Source: Raillietiella orientalis (lineage: Eukaryota). From it: a stretch of 64,000 bases of DNA. Positions 26,130-37,600 of the stretch are shown here, one piece after another; positions within the stretch are counted from its first letter, which is position 1; the number at the start of each line of letters is the position of its first letter. The notes under the pieces were generated by a model, which saw only the letters and a list, made by a program, of their open reading frames with translations, had not been told where the DNA came from and did not search any database. The position numbers and the translations under genes were made by a program. The stretch covers positions 496,001 through 560,000 of the forward strand of contig JAYWIR010000020.1 of the NCBI GenBank assembly GCA_036172245.1, given 5' to 3'.

Positions 26130-27035
26130 CCCCTGCCCAAATGCTGTCCTCTGTAACGGACGCAAGGGACAGCGTAATCCCGGCAGGGTGGGAAGTGACT
26201 TGCTACATAGCAGCAAAGTATTGGGGGTGTGGAAAACTCTGGAAGTGACGGGCGCTGCGATGCGAGTGTCCCACGCTGCACGCTGGGGAGAGCTGCTCGG
26301 CGTCCCTCCGGAGGAGGTGTAGTGGCCTCCAGAGTGCTGGAACAGTGGCTTCCTCCCCCTCAAATGGCAAAAGTTGGCACTTCTGGTGATGCATGAAGAG
26401 AATCACGTGCAAAACGCGCCTTCAACTCTAGACACGAGGGAGCGTTGGCGCTCAGTGCGATAGGTGTGGGAAGAAAGAGACCCTCTCGCACTTGCTGTCA
26501 GACTGTGCTGCCCTCCAATCCCTTTGGGATCACCTCCCGAGGATCCTAGGTATCCCAGGGACATTTGGAAACGCCTTTTCGCGCTTGCTGTTCTGCCTCC
26601 AGCCGCGTCCCTCGCAGTCCTCTGCCGCGTCTGCGAAAGCGTGGCAGCCTGGAACGCGGAAAGCGACCGGAATGGCAGAGACGCCATCTACTGGGCTCGG
26701 ATCTACCTGAAGACCACCTCGAGATGGCCTCATCTGGACGTTATACGGACGGAACTTGCCGGCATCCTGAACAGGCTGCAGAGGACGCCCGGCAGTATAC
26801 CGTGATCCCTTTCTCGGTCCTCTCCTCCCCGTATATAAATTTCCCCTCCCCTATTTCGTTTGTTTATTTTTTTTTTTGTTTTTGTTTTCCCTCCCTCACG
26901 CTGTTGAAGAGGACCTCTCCGGTCTGCGCACCGCTCTTAGGCAGGCTTATTGAGCGTGGTAAAACCCTTGGTTCTACCATGCCAATGTTATTTTATTACT
27001 TTATGTAATAAATGCCACGGCATACCCGGGTGATA
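26130..27035 (+). mobile_element. 5'-truncated L1/Tx1-clade LINE (ORF2 C-terminus + 3' UTR)
   Basis: A QCDRCGKKETLSHLLSDC knuckle lies near 26455-26505, and the C-terminus reads RTELAGILNRLQRTPG. AATAAA at 27007-27012 is followed by the hairpin at 27013-27032. Confidence 0.9.
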
Positions 27036-27149
27036 TCATCCTTTTCTCTTCTTTTTCATTGCCAGGCAACTTCAACTGGAGAATGGGAACCAGACTTTGG
27101 AGCCAAGCAAGTTCAACTGGAGACTTGGGGATCATGAAAACACTTCTCC

Positions 27150-28650
27150 TAGAGCATTTTGTAGCAGGTTCTGCCAGGTTCCTGTGACTTTTTTCAACTT
27201 TACTCGCCGCTCACTTCTTCGATCGCCACGCCTGCGCGTGCAGGATCATCTTCGTTCCTGCCTTTGAAGTCCAGATTCAGCAATTCTTGATCCTCAGGGA
27301 CTCAGTGGGGGTGTCGACGCCTCTGGAAGCTCTTGGAAGTAAACTGTTCTTAATGACTTGAGGAAGCTACCCGGATACCTTAAACATCCCGGTCCTTTGA
27401 GAGACTTCGGAATTCTCCAAGGTTGTCTTGGCACGAACAGACCATCTGTTCACGAATAAGAGAGGTAGTACTGAGACGGTAAGGAAAAGAGAAGGGAGAG
27501 ACACGGAACAGAAGGAGAAAGGATGGAGATTTTACAAAAACTGTTCTCGTCGACCATATGAGCTACCTCGAAGGTGATTCCCAGTTGCTTTTCACGAGTC
27601 CTTCTATGACAGAATTTCGAAGTAAAGGGATCATGGACTGAGAAATGGACATCAATGATGATCAGGATAGAACTCACTCTCGCTTGCAAAAAAATTCTGC
27701 ATAAGAATTCTTTATGCGTTAAGTGGTGCGAGGCACTTCATTGACCTCTGATCAGGAAAGCTTCATAGAAAATCAGATAGAAAATCAGGAACGCGTTTCA
27801 GGGAGAGGTTTCGATCAGAGAATTGTTTAGAAAGCTGAATGAGATTTGTGATTCCTACAAAGATAATGAAGACAGGAAACTGTGATGGAGTTGACAGGTA
27901 CAGGAAACGAGAGAGAGTGGAAGATTTGGATATCTCTCTCAAAGAATTGGATGCCTCAGGAAGGAAGCAGAAACCCATAGCAGACGAGATGACCACGAAA
28001 TTCCACTTTTCCGACCCGTCTGCTTCCCTGCTTATCTGGTCCTTCCTGTTTGTTTGTTTCTCCCTCGTCCTGAGAGGGGAGACCTAGGAGCGGAGGGACG
28101 TTTGCAGAAAATCCTATGGGGCTTCGCACAGTCCAACATCCTCCTGAAAGACCTTTCTTTGCACAGATGATGAGCCTGGTATCTTCAATCTGGAGAGACT
28201 GAAGCTACAGCTTCATCACATGATGGAGCTGATGAGGACAACATGGAGACGGCGTCGATGTCTCCCTGCTCGCCAGCATACTAAAGGCGAGTGCCAAGTT
28301 GCGAGAGACCCGTGTCCCTGCCGCCACGCAACCGGAAATGGATAAAACTCCTTCGGTTTTCCTTGAAGACGTTGGTCTCCTTGATGGCTATGAAAGACTA
28401 TTACCTGCCGTCCTGCCGTCCCTTGAACTTTAATGCCAGGCAGCAGGAAGCCTCTCACCTGATGAGCACCGGATTCCTTTTGCCCTCTCTATCGTTTTGG
28501 GAGGGTCTTCCTCAAGAAGATGATGCAAGGACCGGAGTAACGAACCCGTGCTTCCGTCACTGCCCTGGTTGCAGCTCTGTCTCTGCTTTGTTAGTCATAG
28601 ACTTGCGGTACGTATTATAGAAATGCATACGAGCAACTCTTGCACTGTCT
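27150..28650 (-). mobile_element. Possible decayed LINE reverse transcriptase (clade unresolved)
   Basis: Weak colinear motifs on the minus strand: QGSDG (~28560), MLDCAK (~28130), LPEASNSL (~27955), KQLGITF (~27580). Confidence 0.3.
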
Positions 28651-31199
28651 TTCCAATGTCTCCATCTAGCGATACTTGTGCTACTGGAGCCCTCATGCTC
28701 TTGTGACGACCGATCGTGTCACAGGCATAGTCTGGTGATCTGCGTTTCGTCATCACTTCCTTACGACCCGTGCCTTGCCGCCTACCTACAGCACTCCGCA
28801 TGACGACTGTTAAGACGATCATATGAAGAGCATCTGACTTGCGTTCTTTGCGGACTGCTTGCTGCTGTGCTTCCTGTTGTTCCAGACTTGGTGAAGTTCT
28901 GTTATTAGGCTTATGTAGTGTTGCTTGGAGTCAGTGAGGCAGAACGAGCCGTTCTCTTTAGCTTGAGGGGATGAATTTTTTACTGATACTTCAGGAAGAC
29001 CGAGGAACGAGATTGCAGATCAACACGAGCGTTCTTCATACTCTCGATTTAAAGTTCCAGAAATTTCACTGAGGACTGTACGTTCACCCGGGCGTCTCAG
29101 CATGTATCACTGTTTACAAAAGTAGGGCGCTATAGAGGCATTAGAAGATCAGAAGACCGTTTCCAACGGAGTAAGCGCTTGAGTTCTCATCGGAACCTCC
29201 AAGGTGCCTGACTGAGAGAAAAAGGCAGAAAGAGAGAGGAAGAGAGACAGAGAGAGAGAGACCAATGGAAAAGAAAATACTAGAGTTATTGAAGGGATGC
29301 AGTATAGCTGATGCTGAAAGTACTGAACAATGAATAATGGATATTCTTTAGTACATATTGGTGTGCTTATTTCAGCTAAATTTGAGGGTATATGGATTGT
29401 TCATACGTGGTAGTCATGATAGAATAAGAGATATGGAATAGCAGAATGCGGAAGTCGTGTGCATGGAATTCAAAGTGAAGACATTCAAGTGTATTGAAAT
29501 GAATTACGATTTTACTACTCAGATTGTAGAGCACAAATAGTACAAATGAGTGCAAAGATTCCAAGTGGTGTGGGACTTCCATTTAGTTAGAACGTTTTCA
29601 CAGTGAGAAGTAGCAAGTATTACAATAAGGAATATAAGTAATTATTTGGTGAGAAATAAGAAGGGTGAGTAGGAATCGGATGTTTAGGAACGCTTTGGTG
29701 AGCTATGTCAACGCACCTATCTCATCAATGTACAAAGAACACGTAGATCATAGCAGCAAGATCGCAGGAGTTGTACGACTGATTTCATCCAGAGATAGGG
29801 TTCCGCTTCCCAAGAAATGAAACTTTTCGCGCTTTACAGCTATATTCTTCAGCAACTCCATTCCTGAACAACAGATTCTTATTGCTTAGCAGGCGACATT
29901 TTTATGTAGTACAAATCGCATGATCTCTAGATTTGTCTTTAGCAGCCGTAAATCTCAATGCACCACTTCAGAAACTACACCGATGGTGTCGCAACTTGAA
30001 ATGTGATTTTCCAGGTGACCTTGTCATAAGGATGAATTCCGACAAGGTATCTTCTTCACACAGCACTCTATTATTATTTTTATAATATTTGATTTGCATG
30101 CATGAATATAAAAATTTAATCTCATCAAAACAAAATAGTTTATAAATTAATATGTATTATGGAATGTAGACACACTGAATCATTCGACCGTTATTTAACT
30201 GAATACATTTATGGGACTCCTGTAATTTTATTTAATATTTACATTTTTGAGAGAGGGAGGTGATTTGTGAATAGATAAATTTACAAGATTCCAATTATTA
30301 TATTTTACAATGTGGTATGGGCCGATAAGGATCTGTTCTTGTTGCCATTACTTTGCTTCTGATTCTGTTGAGTGGAGCAATGCAGGATCGAAATGGCACA
30401 TTCTTGAGGCTGGTTATAACAGATATTCCAGATTTGCTTCGAGCTCTTCAGAAAGCATCATCCAAGTCAAGGGATTATAAGAGCATCATCACTTTCTGTG
30501 GGGATCTAAGAACGCACGGACGGCTATCCTGGACAACTGCGATCGGCTCGTCGGTTGCCGTAAACGATCTTTTTTCATCATCTTCTGGTTTTCTTAGAGT
30601 GGGATGACCACTTACTCTAAGAAACGGGATGACCTCCTTTTTCGAGAAAGATATGCGTCCCCTCCTTTTCTCTAAGATTTGGTCCTCCATTTCCAGTTGC
30701 AATGCAACACTTCTGCTAGTGTGATGTTCATTCCGCTGATCTTCATTCCACTGGAGCATCTGCTTAGTGGATCAGCAGGAGGATGAAAGGGCCCAGGAAC
30801 CCGTAAAGCTTGTTTTTCCCGTTTCGTTGAAATGAGGCCTCTATTCCCAGAGTCGTAGGCTCAGGCGAGGACACCTCCAGGAGACGTCTACACGTTCAGG
30901 GCAGTCAACGAAATGTGTCTGTCCAGAACCAGCATCAAACGAGAAGCACTAGATGATGCGCATCTGTGTGTTTTTTCGTCTCCTTGGCATTCCATTTAGA
31001 ATGAACCGTTCGAGCTAGCTTTTCTTCAGCTGTCCTTCCTTGTCCTTTCTGGCCTCGGACCTGGGTTGTTGTCATGCAACCCGGATCACGACTTTCCATT
31101 TGTCATGTTCCAGAAGCAGGTCGGACAGATCTCATTTCAACACCTTGCTCACTTGATATGTGACATAGTGTTCGGCTCCGTGAATTCGCAGCCCCCTTT

Positions 31200-32450
31200 T
31201 CCAAGTTGCGGACGAGGTTGATGAGGCCTCGCAAAACCTCATTCCGAGAACGCCAGCTACAACAGCAGCGGAGGTACTGTCCAAGAGCGCATCTGGGATA
31301 CTCAAGAAAAAAACTCTTCATGATTTGATGGATGGACCCGGTATTCTGAAAATGGCAAACGTTGGAGAAATGGAGCTGCAGAGCATTTTGAAGAAGGTTG
31401 CTCAAATGGAAGTTATGCCAGACGTTGATCTCAAACCCATTTTAAAAAAGCGCAAGTTATGAAGACAAAGAATCCACCTAGCTGCGACCTATTTTGAAAA
31501 AAAAAAGGTGCCCACAGACCAAGAGCAGGAGGACCTTATCAGGTCGGAACTAAAGAAGCAACAATCCTTGGAAGCTTTGGAGTCCGGACTCTCCAATGAA
31601 TTCCATGCTCAGACAACATCCATCCAATCTTAAAGAAGAAATCTGAAGAACTCAGCATGAATGGTAGACCAAAATCTATCCTCAAAAACCGGTTGGGATA
31701 TGAAAGTTCTTGTTCTGTAACCGATGATTCGAAGGCAGGCAATATGTCGACTTCAGAGCAAATTCATACAGATAAGAAAATTGATTCATCTCAAGAAGAT
31801 AAGCAAGCATCTCCCCTTAAGCATACTCCATTGCTTGAAAATCCTGAATTCAACTAGGGCATAAACGATTCAAAAGGTTTCCAAGAAACACAAGAGGACA
31901 AATCTGGCATTCGGTAGAAAATCGAGATGTTCAAGTGGCTGAGGGCCGAGTCCTTCGTTTGCCCTTCCAGATGAACATGTGATGACAGCCAAAGGTTCGT
32001 CACGCAACCGGTCACCGTCTGCGAACTGTCTCAGCTGCTTCCTTGCTCTTTTCTGAAAGATCTCGACCGGTGATGGAGCAAAGGATCCCGACTGGGCGTG
32101 CTTTCCGATCCGGATGAAATCCTGACATCACTAAGCAAGGGTAAGATGCTCGTCAGCAAGGAAAGTGAGCTTGGCTCTCGTGACTACGATGTGACGACAG
32201 CTGATCCAGACCAGGCGACGTGCGATGGCCCCAGCAAGCAAGAGGAAAAGACTGTTTCAAACAACGAGTATGCTCGGCAAATCCTAGGATTATGAAACTC
32301 ATAGGGCATCAAACAACCAAAATGTCCATCGTGACCTCCATCGCAGGTAATGAACCTGACCCTCTCAACACCAAGAGTGACTTCAATGAAGGCGAAGAAC
32401 CGCTCCGTCGAAAAGTTGGAACGATGCAACGTGGCGCACGAGCTTTTATT
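31200..32450 (+). pseudogene. Decayed supervillin-like N-terminal fragment
   Basis: Repeated basic motifs SGILKK, QSILKK, KPILKK, RPILKK, HPILKKKSEE and PKSILKN lie at 31290-31690. QRFVTQPVTVCE at ~31990-32025 resembles the supervillin RY/FxTQPVTxxE motif (from recall). In-frame stops near 31855, 31914 and 31972. Confidence 0.55.
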
Positions 32451-32638
32451 CCTACTGGCGTGGATCTCAGGGGATTGCGGTCACACTAAAATTAGATAGC
32501 TCGTACCGGTCGGCAATTCCGAAGCAGCGATTTCAACTTCGGGTGCTTCATCAGCTGCTCCTCTCCTGGCCTCAAAACCTCTTTCTTGTCATCCGTGGTC
32601 TCACTGTCCGATCCCGGCTATGAAGACGTCGCTCCTCC

Positions 32639-33460
32639 TTTTTTTTTTTTTTTTTTTAAAAGGCCAGTAGCGTTCCCCCCACGAGGAGATCGTTACTATT
32701 GACCAAGGAATGATGGAAATCTTTTTGGGTTCTTCTCTGTCTCCGCTGTTTTTTCCTTTCCAGCTTTTTTTTGGGGGAGGGGTATTTTTTTTTGGTTTGC
32801 TAAGTACCTCAAGAGCCGGTCGCGTGCCTCGCGATGCACGTGGCTCTTTAACACTGTTCCACGCCACCCACGGAGGGTGCGTGTAATTCTTCAAGATAGG
32901 GGGGCACCCTGAAAGAGGGGGGGTCCGCCCTCGGAGTCCGTTCCTCTCACTCTTGAGGAGATATCCACCCTAGAGGAGGGGATCGCACCTCCCACCCTAG
33001 TTGTCTCCGAAAGGGAACCCCGAAGGAAATCTCCTTCGTCATTCTCTCCGGAGGAACACCCCCCCTAATGGGGAGTGGCTGTCCTCTCCATTTCATCTTC
33101 TGTGAAGGGAACCCGGAAAGGACCCACTAGTAGGAATTTCTTCTCCGGAGGGAACCCGCAAGGGAACCGCTCCTGCTCACTCCTCTGAAGAGAACCCCGA
33201 AGGGACGCTTCCGAAACTCAGAAGGGGCTCTGCAGCTTTCCGCAGAGGAATCGCTCTCGCTTGCTTCCTTGCACTCTTCTGAAGAAACGACGACTCAGAG
33301 CCCCCCCCCCGCAACAGGGGGGTTCCGCTCCTTTGAACAGTTGGAGAGGTGTCCGTGAGGGCTTCTGCTTCATCTTGAAAGCGGAGGGGTTCCCAGGTGA
33401 GGGGGGTCCGCTCTCCGTTGCACGACAGGAGGGGAAACTCTGCACTCCTTGATTCCTGGA
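32639..33460 (-). mobile_element. GC-rich poly(A) retroposon (SINE-like or long LINE 3' UTR), copy 2 (longest)
   Basis: Poly(T) at 32639-32657 is followed by aaaggccagtagcg...cacgaggagatcgttacta and ctaagtacctcaagagccggtcgcgtgcct, both shared with 60687-61089. Internal degenerate ggaaccc(c)gaagg repeats. The 5' boundary is uncertain. Confidence 0.8.
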
Positions 33461-34510
33461 AGGACCCGAAGATCGACTCCCATTGTTCCGACCTTCATCG
33501 GGGCTTCCGGATTAAACCATCACCGTTGCCATGGCCGAATGCCTCGGCCAACCAGCGCCATTGCGGGAGAAACTCGGAATCCAACGACGCAGTGGAACCA
33601 GTTTCTGACGGAGTATTCGAACTCGCAAGGCATGGTACCACACGCGGAAGCCGTAACCACAAAGCCTCCGACGCTGGCACCTTACTCACCTATTTCTCTG
33701 GAAGGAAAAAGAATATTCGCTCTCACGGCAAACGAAAGAGCATTCTCTGTCAAGTATGCTCTTTCTTTTTTTCCCGTCCTTGTGAGCAAATGAGAGCAAT
33801 GCCCTAACCAAAGCACAGATCAAGCGAATCACGCGAGAGTATTGAGATCCGTTTCCGTGACAGAGTTCGTGGGCACTGTGATCTTGACAGCAATATCCTT
33901 CCCGTATACCGATTTGCAGGAAACCAGGCCAATAGAGCGCTGGCGAAATATGCAGGGATCCATGTGGATGTAGCATAGCTAGGGCCAAAAGTTTCGGAGA
34001 GAAAAAGCGATTCCCTGCAGGCAGAGGCAGCCATAGGTAGCTGTCGTAAATCACCAGAGGCACGAGTTCATCCGATGCAGAACGAAATCTTCGCAAGGAA
34101 CGTATCCCTTAGATCGACCGGTCTACTCTTTTTAGACCTGTTTCCATCATCCGTGCACTACGATCGCACAAGAGGCAGTTGAGGGAAGGAGGACGAGGCG
34201 ACTTCCTGTACGATCGAGAGAAAACCACATCCTGTCTGCAAACGATGGGAAAGTCGTTTGATCAATTGATGCTGGTTCTGGACAACCATATTTCGTTAAC
34301 CGCTCTGAACGTGTAGGGACTTTGCTTTCTTGAAAAAGGAAGCCATCTTGTTTTGGAAGTTTTCCACTCTAGGAAAACCAGGGGATACTGAGAAAAGAGC
34401 CGACAGCTAATAGCCGACGAGCTAATTTAAGAACGTACGGGAGAGCCTCCCGTGCGTTCTTAAATCCTCAAGGAAAGTGGTGATGCCCTCTCAAGCCCTT
34501 GACTTGAATG

Positions 34511-34526
34511 ATGTTTTCTGAAACTA
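34511..34526 (-). terminator. Putative snRNA 3' box downstream of U2
   Basis: GTTTCAGAAAACA lies ~10 nt after the U2 3' end on the minus strand and resembles the GTTTN(0-3)AAA 3'-box consensus. Confidence 0.4.
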
Positions 34527-34533
34527 AGGGAAG

Positions 34534-34684
34534 GGTGGGCCGATCTCAGAGGCACTTCAATACCAGGTCAACTCATGCGACAGGAAAGGAACATACTCGA
34601 ACATCCTGACCACTTCAAAAAAATAGTTCAGTGTACCGGCCTCCAGGTAGGTGGCGTATCAGAAATCAAGCTGATAAGAACAGA
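34534..34684 (-). ncRNA. U2: U2 snRNA, 3' portion (from ~nt 39), disrupted by a retrotransposon insertion
   Basis: The minus strand reads TCTGTTCTTATCAGCTTGATTTCTGATACG (stem IIa region), an Sm site ATTTTTTTG, and stem-loop IV GTTGACCTGGTATTGAAGTGCCTCTGAGATCGGCCCACC. The 151-nt length matches U2 minus its first ~38 nt. Confidence 0.93.
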
Positions 34685-37600
34685 TTTTATTCAAAGCTAA
34701 ATCAAATACATAATACAATAAAGATGCCTCTAAACTCTTACTATTCCTTCGCTCTGCCATCATGGAACCGTCTCGTATGGATTCCTTATTGATGATGCTT
34801 TCGTTTCTCAGGGTCTTCTTGATTCAAGTCAGTGTCGTTTTCTGAATGGTACTGATCGATAACATTTTCCTGTAGGTATTGGAGGCATTATCAGATGGAT
34901 GTCCCAGGAAATGCGTCCAATAAATATCATGGCTGCATCGGATACACGGAGAAACCGTGAATTGTCCCATCTTTTCCGCATACAGTCGAGGAACACCTAA
35001 ATCACATAGAATCCGTTGTTTCGTGGATCCCGGATCCTCAAAGCTACAACGATGAATGTATGGATTTCGGTCTGTAAGCCTCTCAAAGACATTTCTTGAG
35101 CATGTCTCAGTATTTATCTTTTTCTTCCTTCTGGCAGTATTAAATGCCTCTTCCTCATTTTCAAATGAGCAGGCAACATCGAGTACCACCACCCGCACCA
35201 ATCTGGTCTCAGGACGAAATCCACGTTAGGGACACATCTCTTGGCTCACACTAGAGTCCTTCCAGCAGTATTGATTGAAAACTTTCTTAAGTTTTTCAAA
35301 TATAGCATCATGTTTCCAGGAGCGAGTGCCTCACGTCATGATTTAGGATGTGAGACAATTCCAGGCAACACAGCGTCGGTATAGCTGGATGTTGGATGGA
35401 GCCCGACTCAGCGTGTTTTTTTTGCTTGATCTGGCTGATTATTAACCGGAGATTGCCAGATTCCTGTTGGGCAGCACGTAAACTGAAAGCAAATTTTCTT
35501 CCCATCAGCGCTTCGAAAACGACTTCTCCAAATCAAACCCTTGTTGTGCCACCACCAAACTCCCAATTTGCTTCTGCACGGAAGGAAACAAGTCTCCCGG
35601 CCGCCCACACACTTTTAATGTCTTCACTGGCACTTGCAAATCTTCAAGTGCAGCCTCCGGACAGGAAACTGCCAAGGTCTCCATCCGAGAGTGCTGTCAA
35701 GGTGTTTTTTCAAATATCACCTCTCGTAAAGTTCCCCCAGCAAACCAGTTTACTGTGCCGTACGGAAAGATCAGCAGCTGGAAAGCAGCAGTCCATGAGG
35801 AAGGTGTCTGCTTCATCCGACAGTTGCATCAAACCCAGGCGGCCCTTTTAACTTCCACCATACAGATGTTTGTTGACTGCCCTGGTGGTGGATCATCTTT
35901 TTCCTTTTTCGCTGAATCTGCTGATCCATTGCCTTCCAGTCAGACTTTGGATGTGCTCCCAACCTCTCGTAGTAAACTAGGACATGGTAGAAGGAGGACT
36001 TAAAGTGTCTTAACTTCTGCCAGGAAAGAAGTTCACAATCAGTGATGGATTCAGCTCTGGCAATAATCCGTTCCTTAGTCGGCGTAGACTGGAAGGTTTC
36101 CATTCCCAAAGGCCTTCCTAAGTATTTGAAGGCCTCAGAGATGGAAATTTTCGGTATCATACCGACCCAAGCTTTTTTTCTTTTTTTTTTATCGACGGCA
36201 GACCTTTTAAAGTTTTTCCACTGTAGAGCAAGCAAGTGCGTCTTGAAAACTTAAAGGTGAGAAGCGAGCACCGAGCTGTCTCCAAACAGGCATAGTCTAT
36301 ACCGTGGTTGTCCCTCCGAGTCAGCGAAGGTAATTATGCCATCGGCAAACGGCAGCAGGAAATCTTCATTGAACTGATCTCTCACTGTTCTGAGCACCTC
36401 ATCAAAGGGGAGAATTTTTCTCTGCCGGAGCCAATAATGCCATTTTTTAGTATCCACTCGCTAAAGCTTCGAGGCAGGTATTTGGTGTATAGCCTGTGGA
36501 CACTGTTACTGATTGTTATGGACCTCCACTTGGGATATTCATGGAGGTTACTGAAGAACATTTTTCAGACCACCCTAAAAGTGTAAGGTCTCTCGGAAAG
36601 GTCCTCTTTTCACCTGCAACACTCGAATCGAGGCCCCCCTCTTGCTAACCAGGAAAAGCAAGCTTCTCGGGTGAACGAGGGACATTCTACAGAGCATTTC
36701 CGCTTGCCAGACGTTTTACCTCGGCGGATCCTAATGGAAGAAGAAGAAAAGGTTAGTAACAGAGGGCCGTCTTGTAAACTTTGGAAAATCCTACTCTGTT
36801 CTTTAACCTTTCTAAGATGAATCCGAAAGAAGAGAGTCTTTGTTTTCTTTCCTGAAACCACTCAAAAGAATCGTGGCCACTCTTTCCATTTCTTTCCTAT
36901 TCTAAAAGAATGGAGACCAAATATAACGAAACGAAGTGATAACAGTGGGTATTCCGGGATCTTGCCTCTTTCAGTGATATATTTCTTCCCAAATTTATAT
37001 ATCTTTCCATGGGAATTTTTTGTTCGCTGCGCAAAGAGGTTGTGACTTTGGAAGTTTCCTTTCAAATCACACGGAGTTTTTTTTTTGGTGATCACAGCAT
37101 TGAAAATTCCACTGAGAAATTCATGACATCGGGAATAATGCCTCGGTCTTTATATTATTCCTGCATCTCAGTAAAAGATTCAGCGAAACTTTCTCAACCG
37201 CGCATTGTGTCCTCATGTCCCAAGGCATGCTAACTGAAAAGTAAAACCATCTTGCCATCCACCAAAAGAATTTCTTATGAGAAAGAAAAGTCCTTTTTTC
37301 AAGAATGATCACTCGTCCACGCAATCCTGCTATATGCAGTTCCATAAAACTTTTCAAATCTCACTCCTCCCGTAGCTTTGTGCGTCCGTTTCCAAAGCAG
37401 CTCTCACTCTTTAATAAACACAGTACCAAGAAAGAGCTACGAACTGCATCTGCAGACTCTTGATGCAACTCCGGAATGTGGTAATCTAACTTGCCGACAG
37501 TGAGTTATTGGATGCATGCGATTCCCTGCTGCGTTTTCAATTGATGGAAACATGAAGCTTTATCTTCTAAGAATCTCTCTTGCATGGAAGGTGGATGGTT

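Noticed and set aside
27061..27123. 22-bp imperfect direct repeat (gccaggcaacttcaactggaga / gccaagcaagttcaactggaga)
   Set aside because: Only two units; an ordinary local duplication, not a CRISPR-like array.
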